Source: a virus. Taken from it: a stretch of 64,000 nucleotides of DNA. Below, piece after piece: positions 34,526 through 47,700 of this stretch; within the stretch, counting starts at the first letter, position 1; every line of letters begins with the position of its first letter. The notes beneath the pieces were generated by a model. It searched no databases and was not told the DNA's origin. It saw only the letters and a program-made list of their open reading frames with translations. The DNA lies in the IMG/VR virus record IMGVR_UViG_3300031987_000007, positions 1,704 to 65,703 of that record; one strand, 5' to 3'. The position numbers were made by a program, and so were the translations under genes.

Positions 34526-36802
34526 ATGGGCTGGTTCAGTAGCAAGAAAAAGACCTACGTATCTACGGAAGTGACCCGGTTGTACAAGGACAAAGACATT
34601 CCAGACATGCATCAGAAGAACGTCATTGATTCGGTCTTAAAGGACAAGAGACTGACCAACACCATCATCAACAACGCACTGAACAGTCAGACCCTGAAAC
34701 TGGAACGGGCGTACCGTAAGGCCGCGAGAGGGGATTACTACTATGGGGCACCAAACCATAACATTCGGAATGCGGCCGATGGTAAGGACGTTCTCCAGAA
34801 TATCCTGGGGATTGAACATAACGCACCAGTGACGTTGGCCTACTTCCACTTTGCGCCCCTGAATAATCTGCACTATGCCTGGCAGCAGTTAGTGAATGAC
34901 TATGGTTATGACGAGTTCTCAAATACCCTGACTATGAATGGGGTCTCTTACTGGGTTCATGACGTTGTTGGTCAAATCAACACCCAGGCCATTACCTCGG
35001 ATGCAACAGCAGAAGAAGAACAGGAGTTGCTACCAGACGAAGGCACACTGGATAACTGGGATCGACACCCTCAAGACCGGTATACACCTTTCCGGACAGG
35101 TGCTGAAAAGACGCCCATCTGGTTGTTCGGTGAAGATGTCCCAGACGGTGCTGAGGTTACCTTGGTCGACGCTGCCGGCGAAGCAACCACGTTGTTCATA
35201 GACACCATTGGGTTTGACCGGGATCTGGAGTGCTTCCAAGCCAAGTACCATTACACCGTGGATGGCCAACGCAACCTGGGATACTTCACCTATGAGTACA
35301 ATCACGGCGAGTACCCAAGTCTGGATGCCGTTCATAACAAGACGGCGGTAGGTAAGGGCACCTTCTTCCCCTTGTTCCTGTTCCGAGCAAATGGACGAAA
35401 CCTCACGGCAAGTTCTCAGCACGACACAGAGGCCTACAAGTCTTCGGTCAGGCTGGCTCGGAGTGTGGGACTGGATTACCAGTACCTGGGTGACATGGTG
35501 AACGAGAACGAAAGTGCTGATGACTTGGACCAGGCTGTATTGATGATGGGGGTGCCGGCCAAAACCAGTGATCCTGATGAGGCGGAATACCTGTTCCGGT
35601 TTTTTGACTGGCTCTACAAGGAGAGTGGCCGAACGTCTGCCCCAGCCGGTACCGGACTGTTTAATACCACCCGGCCTGGTAAATCCATTCAGATCAGTGA
35701 ACGTGATTTTGATTGTACGCTGAGCTTCTCAAGCATTAATCGCCGGTATAAGTCAGGTGTTATAGGGGAAGTGGGTAGCTATACCTGCCAGGAGATCACG
35801 CTCACTAAATACCGGACATTATCCCGCCGTGTATCAAGAGCGGTTGACGGGGATGTGGTGTATACAACGGAACACTTCCAAATTCCGTATGAGGTCTCTG
35901 GTTTGGAGTACCGGTACCAGGTAAATGCAGGAAACTATCAATCCCTGCTCGTTGATAGTTTGAAACTTCGTTACAACATTTACGGTAGCAAAGGTGTGGA
36001 TGCCAATGTGGGTAACAGCAAACTGCTTGTTCCACTGGATTACTTCATTACCCGGTCTATGCGTTATGCCAAAAAAGATCGTTTGTATTACCGGTCTTTG
36101 CACTTTGTATTTAATGCCCGTGTAACCGAAACCGTTAAGTGGTATCAGCGAGGTGCTTTCCAGATTGTCCTGGTTATTGTCGCGGTTGTTGTCTCATTTC
36201 TAATTGCTGGTTCTGATGGGGGTAGTTTAATAGGCGCTGCATTGTCGGCGGGTGCTTACGGCGCGGCAGCTATGTTGATGTTAACTGCCCTTATTGAAGC
36301 CGTGATTATTAATATGGTGGTTCAAGAAGCCATTACTTTTGTAATAAAAGAATTGGGTGCTGAGTTCGGAGCGGTCCTCGCGGTAGTCGCTTTTGTTGCG
36401 GCTATCTACGGCGCCAATACAGGTGCTTCGTGGAGTTCTTCTGCAATCCAAGCCAGTAATAACCTGGCCAGCGCCAGCATGTCCCAATATCAGAAAGATC
36501 AGATGGCGGAATATAATGCCGAACAGCAGGCGTTTGATTTACTTAAATCAGAACAGTTAGAAGATTTAGAGGAAGCAGAAAACTTACTTCAACAATACCC
36601 ATTATTGGATGCGCGGTCGTTTATTGCTAAGGAACCTGTAATAATGCCTGGAGAAACGCCAGACTCTTTATATGAAAGAACCGTGCATGTGGGAAACCCC
36701 GGCATTCTTCAATATGACTATATAGAATCGTATGTAGCATTAAACACACGATTACCGACTTTCAATGAGCTTGTAGGGGATACTTTCTATGGCCGGATTT
36801 AA
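34526..36802 (+). CDS. N4 gp53-like structural protein
   Basis: MGWFSSKKKTYV start; hydrophobic Ala/Gly-rich C-terminal segment; synteny. Confidence 0.82.
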   Translation: MGWFSSKKKTYVSTEVTRLYKDKDIPDMHQKNVIDSVLKDKRLTNTIINNALNSQTLKLERAYRKAARGDYYYGAPNHNIRNAADGKDVLQNILGIEHNAPVTLAYFHFAPLNNLHYAWQQLVNDYGYDEFSNTLTMNGVSYWVHDVVGQINTQAITSDATAEEEQELLPDEGTLDNWDRHPQDRYTPFRTGAEKTPIWLFGEDVPDGAEVTLVDAAGEATTLFIDTIGFDRDLECFQAKYHYTVDGQRNLGYFTYEYNHGEYPSLDAVHNKTAVGKGTFFPLFLFRANGRNLTASSQHDTEAYKSSVRLARSVGLDYQYLGDMVNENESADDLDQAVLMMGVPAKTSDPDEAEYLFRFFDWLYKESGRTSAPAGTGLFNTTRPGKSIQISERDFDCTLSFSSINRRYKSGVIGEVGSYTCQEITLTKYRTLSRRVSRAVDGDVVYTTEHFQIPYEVSGLEYRYQVNAGNYQSLLVDSLKLRYNIYGSKGVDANVGNSKLLVPLDYFITRSMRYAKKDRLYYRSLHFVFNARVTETVKWYQRGAFQIVLVIVAVVVSFLIAGSDGGSLIGAALSAGAYGAAAMLMLTALIEAVIINMVVQEAITFVIKELGAEFGAVLAVVAFVAAIYGANTGASWSSSAIQASNNLASASMSQYQKDQMAEYNAEQQAFDLLKSEQLEDLEEAENLLQQYPLLDARSFIAKEPVIMPGETPDSLYERTVHVGNPGILQYDYIESYVALNTRLPTFNELVGDTFYGRI

Positions 36803-37265
36803 TCAACAACCGCGTTTCAACATGGACTGGTTGAACCAGTATCAACAATCCAACACGCCCAGCAATTTTATGGGCCTGGGAAATACGCCCATGGTGGATT
36901 CCGCCGTCAATCAAACCGGTACGCAAATCACGCCTTACACACAATCCAGTGTCTCTTTGAGTAACGGCGCCTCTGCAGGCGCTGGTGAAGGCGGCATGTT
37001 CGGCAACATGCTCGGCCAGGACGGTTGGGGCAACCTGGCTCTGGGTGGTCTGAAGACGGGTGTGGGCGCCTACATGGGTTTCAAGCAACTGGGTATGGCC
37101 AAAGACCAGCTCGACTTCCAGAAGAAAGCCTACACACAGAATTATGAGACACAGAAACAACGGACCAACACACAGTTGGAAGACCGTCAGAAGCGCCGGC
37201 ACTACGAAAAGCCTGGGTATTATCAAAGCCCGAGCGAGTACATGAACAAAAATGGGGTGAAGTAA
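36789..37265 (+). CDS. N4 gp52-like virion protein
   Basis: Gly-rich amphipathic segment then QLDFQKKAY..NYE; synteny. Confidence 0.75.
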   Translation: MAGFNQQPRFNMDWLNQYQQSNTPSNFMGLGNTPMVDSAVNQTGTQITPYTQSSVSLSNGASAGAGEGGMFGNMLGQDGWGNLALGGLKTGVGAYMGFKQLGMAKDQLDFQKKAYTQNYETQKQRTNTQLEDRQKRRHYEKPGYYQSPSEYMNKNGVK

Positions 37266-37266
37266 T

Positions 37267-38769
37267 ATGGCGAATCCAATCACTTGGCGGAATATTGCCG
37301 CCCCGAACTTCTCCGGTGCCTCCGACATGATGGGCCGGGCTCAAGAGTCTTTCACCGGCGCTTTGGATGCCTTGGGAGATACCAAGGATCAGTTTGAACA
37401 GGGCCGTACCAAACGCAACACACAGGACTTCATGGCAGAGCTGTCGAAGTACCGGACGCCGGAAGAATTGGCCGCGGCACAGGAGAGTGGTGCCATTGAC
37501 GCCTTGCGTCAGCAGTACAGTGGTAATGGTTTGATCGACACGGATAAGACCGATGCCGGTGCCATCCGAGACACCCTCACAGGCCTTAGACAGACTCGTG
37601 TGGCTGACCGGGAATACGCGGACAGTGAGACAGAGTTTGGCAACCGTGAGGCCCGTGACAACGCTCAGGCAGCTCTGGCTTCTGGGAACCTGGTTCGTTT
37701 TGACGAGATCGTGGCAAACAACGATTTCCTGAACCAAGGAGAACTGGCTCAGGGCCGTGCCGATGCAGCAGAACGTATTCGTCAACGTGGTATTGCGGAT
37801 GAACAACGTGCCTTCACACAACGCAAGCAGGGACGGTTGGAAGACCAGTGGGGGCGTGACGACGCTTTCCGTGAGTCTATTGCCGCTGCCCGCACGGCGG
37901 GTGCAGAGCGTAGACTGCGGGATAACCGGGCCTCTGAAGGTCTGGTAGCCGCCGCCACAGAGATGGGCTTACCGGTCGTCGATGGGGCTGTGGATTTCTC
38001 CAATGCCACACAAGAGCAACAAGCCCAGCTTCGTGGCATGGTTCAGGAACAGGATCTACTGGATCGAACCAGTGATACCCAGTACGTCAACCAGACCATG
38101 GCCAAGTTGTTGGAAGCCAATCCGGGTATGTCACCGGAACGTGAGCTGAATCTACGGGAAATGCTGGTGAATGAGACCTCACAAGGATCCTCTCTGACAC
38201 CTACGGACCAGGCCAAGATTGTCTCGGCACAGGAAGCTCTCAAAGAAAGTTCCAATATTGCCCAGAACCCTTTTAACACTCCACGGGAATCCTCTGATGT
38301 AGAGGCAGCCGATATCCTGGCACAAGATCCCCGATTCCTGGAATGGAATGCTGGTGAACGTGAAAAAGCCACACGCCAGGTTACCCAGGCAATGTCCGAC
38401 GGTGTGAAGGTGGGTAATAAAACCTTCCCGGTGACCCCGGCCATTGCTCGTATGGCTTTGCAAATCTCAGGTAACGCATGGACTGAGGTTGATGGCACTT
38501 TCAATGATGCAGTCAAGAAGCTAGTTGCCGACAACAACCTGGCCGACAAACTGGAAGAGTACGAAACCTGGAAGAAAGCCGATAAGGAGTTGGTTGCTGC
38601 CGGGAAAGCCGAGTTTGGGTCAGGGCGTAAAGCTCCGGCTCGCCAGTCTCGCTTTCGCAACTTCCTGGATAGTGACCTGTCAGCGCCTACCCAATCCCGC
38701 CCCGATCTACCGAAGCCTAGTTCATCCAATGGTCAACGCAATGACCGTCCCCAACGTGGAGGCCTTTAA
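37267..38769 (+). CDS. Putative internal/ejection protein (gp51 position)
   Basis: MANPITWRNI start; helical; immediately before vRNAP. Confidence 0.72.
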   Translation: MANPITWRNIAAPNFSGASDMMGRAQESFTGALDALGDTKDQFEQGRTKRNTQDFMAELSKYRTPEELAAAQESGAIDALRQQYSGNGLIDTDKTDAGAIRDTLTGLRQTRVADREYADSETEFGNREARDNAQAALASGNLVRFDEIVANNDFLNQGELAQGRADAAERIRQRGIADEQRAFTQRKQGRLEDQWGRDDAFRESIAAARTAGAERRLRDNRASEGLVAAATEMGLPVVDGAVDFSNATQEQQAQLRGMVQEQDLLDRTSDTQYVNQTMAKLLEANPGMSPERELNLREMLVNETSQGSSLTPTDQAKIVSAQEALKESSNIAQNPFNTPRESSDVEAADILAQDPRFLEWNAGEREKATRQVTQAMSDGVKVGNKTFPVTPAIARMALQISGNAWTEVDGTFNDAVKKLVADNNLADKLEEYETWKKADKELVAAGKAEFGSGRKAPARQSRFRNFLDSDLSAPTQSRPDLPKPSSSNGQRNDRPQRGGL

Positions 38770-41700
38770 TGTCCGAGTTTAACGCAAGCCGGTACTTTGA
38801 CAACTTGGCGGCTAAAGAGGCCGATACCACTCTGAGTCCGAACGCCTGGCAGGGTGTCCAGAACCGCCTGACCAAAAAGCAACAAGATGTGGCTGAAACC
38901 AGCCGGCGTAAGGTCGAAGCCATGCGTGAAAACGAACGGACCGTGAACCAACAAGACCAGTGGGACAGTGTCGCCGGTGATCTGGGTACTGGTTCGGACA
39001 TTGTCAGGGAAACCGTTGAAGGTGGTGTCAAGGGTGTTGGCGCTGTCTTTGGGGGTATTGGTGATGGTATTGAAGCGGCGGGTAAGGGTATCGAGGATGT
39101 CCTCGGCGCCGTAGGTCTGGGCGATGAAGTCCAGGCTGCTAATGAGTTTCTGGGTGGATTGGGTGTTAATGCCCCAAGCGAGGGCTTTCAGGGTGTTGAA
39201 AACTGGATGAACCAAGGTGCTGAGAACATAGACCAGTCTCAGGACATGGATTATCGACAGTCCCTGATCGACAGCACGCCAGGTGGTGATGTAACCGATC
39301 CAAGCACATGGACCCTGGGCGAGAACCCGAGTGCCGAGGGGTATGCGGGTCACATTGCCGGCATTATCGGTGGGTTCGCACCACAGGCCGCTACCTTACT
39401 GGCGGGTTCTCCTACACGGGTGGCCACAGCCATGGCGACAGTGGGCGGAGCCCAGGTAGGTGGCAGCCAAGCCAACGAAGCAGAAACCCGGATCAAAGCA
39501 GCGTCTCAGGAAGAGCTTTCTCAGATCGGTATGTATCAGGATCTTATTAAAGAAGGCGTCAGTCACGAAGACGCAGTTGAGCAGACCTCCAAAGCGGCAG
39601 GAGCGGCTGCGTTCATGGCGGCAGCACCTGTTGGTGCTGTTGGCGGTGCTGCCACCAGTTACATTCTGGGTCCACTACAGAAGCAGTTGGCCGGTAACAT
39701 CGCAGGCCGTACTGCCGGGTCGGTCGCATTGAGTGGTACCGAAGAAGCCACACAGGAAGTCAGTGAAACAGTCGCCGCCAGGGCCGGTGTGAATGCAGCC
39801 ATTGGTGATGACCAGGATCTGACCGCGGATACCTTTGCCGATGCCTTATTGGGCGGTGGCTTTGGTGCGGGACTGGGTGTTGCTGGTACCACAGCGTCCG
39901 AGTTGCAGCGTGCCGGACAAAAGAGAGCCGATAAGGAAGACAAGAAAGCCGCGGAGCGTCGGGCGACCAATGGCACCATTTCCGAGCTGATGGCGGCCGG
40001 GGATGTGGATACCTTGGTTGATCCGGAAGCAGGTAAACGCTTCAAGGCAGAAGATGTGGCCCAGGCTGCGGTAGTTGCAAGCACCACTGCGGAACTGGAT
40101 CAGGAAGTACAGAACAATGGTAAGAAAATTCTGCCGAAGATCGGTGAACGTCTGGAGACAGAGCTGGAAAACCTGAAAGCTGATGAAGCTTTACGGTCTC
40201 CGGAGGCGGAAACCAAGAACAAAGGGTTGCTGAAAAAAGCCCAGCAGCTCAAGGCCAGGGAAACAAAAGCGGGCAACAGCGTCGGGGTAGAGCAGGCCAA
40301 CGAGATGATTGGTCAGTTGACTGAAGAACTGAAAGCCACCCGGGACGAAGACAAGGCCGTAAAGAAAGAACGGACAGACCGGATCGAGGCGATGGAGTCG
40401 GCGATTGCCCGGGTCAACGTGGCCCAACGCAACCTGTCAGCCAATGCCTCCAAGTCGGTGGATGTGGATTCACTGATTTCTATAGTGGAAACGCCAGAGA
40501 CGGATGCTGTTGAGAAATCCTCGGCTGCACAGGAAATCATTACCCAGGCCATGGCCAATCCTGATGTGCTGACAGAAGACACAGCACTACGTCTGGCAGA
40601 TGACTCGGCCAACGGATTGACTGAGAAGCAACGTGGTTATCTGCGGTCCTTGTCCCAGAGCAAGGTGGCCGCCAATGAGTTGAAGGACTACACCGATGTG
40701 GTCAAAGACATCTTCTCGGCCAACCCTTCAACCGGTTTTAAAAGCCTTCCTCAATACCGTTCATCTGTTCAACGTGGTCTGACCAATGGCAGCACCGACC
40801 GGGTAGCTGCAGAGCTGGCTCAGCTCGGTCGCTTCTCTGAGTCACACCAGGCCAAGGCCGCACTGGCACGCCAGGCCTTTGACGGTATGGAACCAGGACA
40901 GAAGCAAGCCCAGATCGTCCACAGGGACGGTGGCTGGGAGATGAATACCGGTAAACCCATGAGTGACAAACAGCTCCGTGAGAACGGTGGCCTGTCTATC
41001 TCTACTGGTTCGCAACGTCTTGTCGAGGGGATCGAGCGTGAAGCTCAGGTGATTGAAGCCGCTCGCCAGGAACTGGAAGCGGCTACGGCCGTGACTACAC
41101 CTACAGAACAGCCGGAGGCTGTCTCAGATAATGAGACCGCTGATGTTGATGCTCAAGCCGATCAGAACGCTGACCAGGAGACTGAGAATGAAACAGACCA
41201 GACGCAAAGCGACCAACCTGCAGAAGAAGCTACAGCGCCAGAAACTTCAACGGAAGCGGAACCAGAGACGGGAACAGTCACTTCAGCAGAGCCTGAACGA
41301 GCCAGTGAAGATACTGAAGTTCGGGACAGAGCTGACGACGGTACACGGGATTTCGGAACAACTGTGGAAGGACGCGGTGGAGACACTGGGCGTGAGGAAT
41401 CTGTAGAGCCGGAAGCTCCGGCCAAGTCTGTCCTGTTTGTTGATCAGGGCACCTTCGAGCCGTATATCGGACAAACCACAGTGACTGAGTTCACCAGTAT
41501 GAATCTGGTTCAGGCTTACTTCACCACGAAGAAAGGTCTACCACTGACCGCGAACAAGGACTTCCTGAGTGAAACCTTGGCTACGAACCTGGATAACCCC
41601 GAAGCGTTGCCGGTTGAGTTCAGTGATAGGAATGACACCCGGGACAAGCAACAAGGTCTGGTGCGGTACTTTGCTGAAACCGCGACCAAGTGGAACCAGA

Positions 41701-44700
41701 CCGTTGATGCGTTGTTCCAGGACAAGAAGCGTAAGGACTTCCGCCATGAAAATCTGGTGACCTTCTTTGCTGAAAATGGTCAGTTGGATGAAAACACTAA
41801 GACTGCGATCAGTACCGCTGCGTTCACCTGGGCCGTCGAGAATGGTAATGACCTCTGGTACAACGATGAGGACGCTATCCGTAAGATCCTGGGTCTGGGT
41901 CCGCAGGATGTAGTAACGGACAACGACCGGTTACTGGTGGGTGATGTGGGTACCCGAGATAAGCTGGTGATTCAGGATCTGGGTCAACGAGTAACACAGG
42001 CCTTGGGCCAGCGGATCAGTAAAGACGCGCCGATCAATCACCAGGCCCAGTTGGAAGGGGCCTTTGGTGCCATAGCTTTGGCGGTGTTACAGGAGCAAGG
42101 GTATGTCCAGCGGATAGCCCGTCAAAATGCGGCATTTGGTACCGACCAGGTAAATGAAGAGGGGAAACTCCCCCTTAATTGGTTTGTACGTAGCAACCGG
42201 ATCACAGACAGCGAGGGGAATACCCAGTTCAACCCGATGATTACCGGACTGACCGACCGTGCCAAAGGTACTCAACAGATCGTTCATGACCTGTTCCGGG
42301 TGGAATCCCAGAAGACCGGGCCGGTGGACACAGCCCCGAAAAAAGTACAGGACACCACACGCCGGACGGACCAGAAAGTACCGAAAGAGCAGCGGAAGAT
42401 CCTTGAAGCGGCCATGGCCCAGGAACACTGGCTCAGGGCGGATATGCTCGATGCAGAGACCGGTATTCTGAATAAGCTACCAAGGGCCTTGGTCGATGCG
42501 ATCAGTGGTGTAGAGGCCACTGAGGACCGTCTGATCCATAAAGCAAACCGGTCCAGCCTGGATGCCAAGAATGAGTCGATTGTCCGCGGTAATGATTATA
42601 TGTATGAACTGGCCAACGACCGGTCTGATCGAATGGATCAGCCGTTCTTCTTTGATCGCTCGGTGTGGCGCCAGCAGCGTGTGGGTATCAAATCCAACAC
42701 GTTCAACCCCCAGGCCAGCAAGGTCCATCGTTTTGTAATCAAGATGGTTGGATGGGATTACGATGTGCCAGTAGCCCTGACAGGTGAATCTGGACAACGA
42801 TTCAAACTGGCTGTACTGGAATCCCTGGGTGTGAAGACAGACAAGCAGGGCAACGCCAAGTCACTAGGTCAGTGGGATACCACCGTCAACGATCCGGAAG
42901 TCCGGGCAGCGGTCGAGGCGTTGAAGAAGTTCAGCACCGGGCAGACCACCACACAGGCAGATCAGGATGCAATCCTGGCCGGCGTACAACGTGGCGGGGA
43001 AGACTTCCACAGCTTTGATGGCCTGTGGCACTTGGCTCAGGTAGAACTGGCTGAGACCACCGGCGAAACCAACTTCACAGCCACACTGGTTCGGGAAGGT
43101 GACGGTGTCACCAACGGACCAATGTTTGCACAGCTCCAGACCGGTGCTCTGTTTGGTCGTGACGGTATGGGCGCCAAGGGCGGGTTCTTCACCAAGGCAG
43201 ACGCGGTGCAGGATTATGGGGTATGGGCCCAGGAAGGCAGCAACCACGATTTGTACGAAACCCTGGCCAACGCTGTGGCTGAAAAGATGGAAGGTCAGAG
43301 AAGTGTGGATAGTGGTAGTGAGCCTTTCTACAACTTCCTGGATAAGATCCTTGGTCAGTTCCGGGATGTGGACACAGACGCGGTGACCGGTAAAGGCCGC
43401 AAGCGTGTGAAGACACCCCTGACGGCCATGGTATTTGGTGCCGGCAAAGAGAAGTCGATTGCCAACATGGGGCATGAGTTCGTAGACCTGATCTATGACA
43501 ACATCCAGGACATTCTGGACACCCATGACAATGACCGGGATGCCCGGGCTTCAATTGAAACTTTGTTCAGTGAGCTGAATGGATTTCTCCCGAAGAGCCA
43601 GCAAATCGGTATCCGGCCTACCCGTAAAAACGCAGCGGACCTGGAGTTCTCTGCGGGTCAGCGTGAAACCTTGGTTGGGTTGTTTGAAGGCACGATTGGT
43701 CAGCACATTGATAATGCTCTGGAAGATCAATATGGCGAGTTCTTGTCTCGGCGTAAGCGGTTGAACGATGCCGCTGGCCTGTCTTTCAAACTGTACAAGC
43801 TGGTGTATGACGCGGAGCGTCGAGCCATGATGCAGGAACTGGAAGGCGCCGGGACTATGCCGGTAAATAAAAAAGGCGAACCGCTTCAGGATCTGACCAA
43901 GGCTCAGGAACAGGAGCTGAACAAACGGGTTGAGGCCTTATCGCCACTGGTCCACACCGCCTTGTCAAAAGGTGGTAGCCGGGATGCGGGCCTGAAGATG
44001 GCCAAGATCCAGCGGTCCATGGCACCGGCCGACCAGCCACGTTGGAACGGTAAGGTCACGTTCAAGAAGCATGTACCGCTAAATGCCGATGCCAACGTGG
44101 ACACGTTGCATAAGAGTGTGCGTAAGGATTCTCGTAAGGAGATGGACTTCCGGGCAGTGGTTCAGGAAGAGACCGATCCGGGTGTGGCGCCATTGATCAT
44201 GCTGATTCACTCCATGGACAGTGCCATCATCTCCCGGGTGTACAAGAACGCCAACATCCTCAACGTTCACGATGCGGCCATTGGCTCGCCGGAACAGCTT
44301 GAGACAGTGATGAGGTCGATGAACCAGGAAACCCTGAACGCCCTGATTGAGTATTCGGTACCAGAAGAAGTTATGCAGGCGCTCTATCACACCTTGTTGA
44401 GCTTCAACGAACGGGCCGGTGATTTTGAACAGGATGCCCAGTTCCAGGCCGATTACAAAGCCCTCAAGAAAGAACTGAAGGCTGAGCCCGGTGAAAAAGC
44501 TGGGGAGTTGTTGAAAGCTGCTACGGATATGGACCAGGAAGCCATGCAGTGGGCCCAGGATCTGGAGTATGTGAACCAGTATGGATATGAAGGCAGTGCC
44601 TATCATGTTCAGGATTCCGATAGGCAACGCATTAAAGATCGTCTGAAAACCCCGATGAAAGACCGGATCATTGCCCGGTTGGGTAAGGCCAAGTTGGCCA

Positions 44701-47700
44701 ATCCGGAACAGGTATCTGGTGATCTGGCTCGGTACTTGGAGAAGCAGGAAGCGGCGTTTGTGGCACAGGTCGAGGCCGGCAACAACATGACCGCTTCCCA
44801 GCGTAATGAAGTCCGCGTCTTGAGGTTGGTCAATGAGGTGTTTATCCAGACCGGTGATCTCAACCAGGCACTGGGCCGGGTACTTCCCGGGACCAAAAAC
44901 AAGGCCGAAAGGGGCCGGTTACGTGGTCAACTGATCCAGATATTGGGTAGCAACAATGCCAAGCGCCGGGATGTACGTCATGCTCCAGCCGGCCGTGTTG
45001 TAGACATGATTCAGTCTGCCGAAGCTGGTAGCTGGTTGAGTGAGTCTGTAAAGGCGGATCTGGGCCGAGTCAAAGAAGCATTGCTGGAGAACCCGATGGA
45101 TGTGGCCGGCACTCTCCGGGCATCCACACGTACAGACGCCGATCACGCCGCGGTTATGGCCTACTTGCAGCGGGCCTACAACGGTCGCCGGGAAACCTCC
45201 TGGGGCACGTTGGGCACGCCACGGTCCAATTCCAGTGAGGCACTGGTTCAGGCAATGACGCAGACTCCGGTCATGAAAGCCAAGGATCTGTACCCCCATC
45301 TGAGGAAGGCCTTGCAGGAAATGCCGAAAGGCCCTTCACGCAGCGCCTTGGGACAGGTGTTGCTAGAGCTGCGGGACCGAATTGATCCAGAGCTTGAGGT
45401 TCGTTATATCACTCAGGATACCCCGGCTAGCTTGGCGCCCGAGAGTGTCACTGGTGCCCGAGGGTTCTTCCACCAGGGTGAGGGTGGTCGGTACATTGCC
45501 GTCAAGGGTCCGGACTTTGTAGAGTCGAACCTGACGCCTGAACTACTGGCTCACGAATTGATCCATTCGGTGGTGTCAGCGGATATCAAGAAAGAGCTGG
45601 CTGCCCAGAAGCGGAACAAGAACCACAAAAGCAACCTGACACCCCTGGTCAATGACCTGGAGCGGGTGCGTCAGAAAGCGGAAGAGTTGGTGGTGAATGA
45701 CACCGCACTGCAAGCCAAGTATGGCAATGCCGTGAAAGATGTCGATGAAATGGTGGCCTGGGGTATGTCAAACGCTGGCTTCCAGCAAGAAGTCTTGAGC
45801 CAGTTCGAGGTTGAGACCCAGACCCAGAACAACCGGTTTGTTACCGGGATGCAGTCGTTCATTAAGACTCTGGCCAATATCCTGTTCCGTAAGTCGGCAA
45901 CCCCGGCCCAGCAGAACGGCCTGAACGTGGTAATCAATAACGCATCTGGCTTGTTTGCAGCCGTAGCAGATTCCAAAGCAACCACCGTCGAAGTGACTGC
46001 CAAGCAGGAAACACCGGATCCGTTCGGGGAAGTGGACAAGTACACCACGGAAGATATTTACAATGCTTTGGACGGTGAGCCCGATGGACGGCTGCAGTCA
46101 GTTATGGATCAAGTTATCACCCATCTGCACGGTCCTTATGGGGGCATCAAGGCTTTGGTAGACCGTCAGACCGGGAACACGGCTGAGGATGTGTACCTCA
46201 ATGCGATGATCACCGGGGAGTTACCGTTCGCGTCTCGGGCCATTGCCTCTGGACTGGTGCTGTCTGACAAGCAGGCGTTTGTACTGGAACAGTCAGAAGT
46301 TACGATGCAGACCCTGATGGATGGTAAGAGCCTGGCGTCTAAGGACATGGTTCGTCTGTTCCGGAAGACCCGTAGCGAGCTGTCTGCCAAGGACTTTCAC
46401 GATGGTGATTGGGCGCTTGCAACGGATACGGAAAAGGCCAAGGCGCATCAGACCTACGACTTCATCTTCAAGCTGAATGCCACTGATACTGAATCCCGAT
46501 CGGACCACTTGAGCCGGTTTGCGGCCCTGGCACTGACTTACCCGCCGTTGTACCAGAAAATGAACTTCCCGGTAACACCGGAGCAAGGGTCATCCAGTGC
46601 CAAGATGGGTGAGCGTATCCAATCCTGGTTTAATGACCAGGTGCAGCGTTTTGCTAATGAAATCAACAAGACATACAGCGGCCAGGAAGGTCGTGCCCGT
46701 ATGGATGCGTTGGTGAAACGTCTGGTACAGATTGAGGCCCGTAAAAAGGCGAAGATCGCCAGTGGCAAAGTGTCACTACTGGATCAGATTGAAGAGGCCA
46801 ATAACAACGCAGCCGGTAGTGTCCGGTCTCGTGTGGCCAACCTGGCACGGTCTGAGCGGTTTTCCAACTCAGACAGTCCGATTGTACGTGCTGCTAGTAA
46901 AACAACAGCACTGGGCGCAGAGAACCGGCTGGGTGAGTTGTTGAACACCATGGAAGACTTCCGTAACAGTCGGTTCCCCGGGCGTCAGGGACTGGCGGCT
47001 TCTGCGATGTCCGAAGTACGGGGTACCACGGAATCCAACAAAGTGTTCCATGAGCTACTCAACGAAGCCGGCAAGAATGAGCGAGAGCGTAAGCAGCGGA
47101 TTGAAAGTGTGAAGCAACAAATCCTCGAGAGTTTTGGTGAGGATGGGGAATCACTGACTGATACCCAACGCTCGGACCTGACTCGGGTACTGTTGAAAAC
47201 GGATCTGTCAGCGTTGCTGGCTGACGACCGCTTTACCGTGAAGCAGTTGACCAATTTGGTAGACAACACACAGAATCTGGACACAACCATTGCTGAGGCC
47301 GAAGGGGATCTAGCGGCACTGGGCCCGAATGCGGCGTATTACAAAAATGCAGCCGAGGCCTTGGGGCATTTCATGGCCACCGGTGAAGTGCTGAGCCCAA
47401 ACCTGATGCTGAATGTTCACAACATTGCTAATAAGGTCGGTATGTCTGACGCCAACACTGTGGCGCCACAGGACGTAGAGGCGGCTAAGGCAATTCTCGA
47501 TCCGTTGGTAAGCCTGTACGCCTTGCGTGCCACCGGACAGACCCAGCAGCAAACAGTTAAACGTTTGATGCAGCATCAACAGGAGCGTGGTCAACAAAGT
47601 GGTGTGTTCTTTATGCTGAAGCTGCATCAATCCATGAAGGACGAGGCCAAGCGGGAGCTGTTTGATAATGACCCGGCGCTATTCACCAAGGGGTACATCA

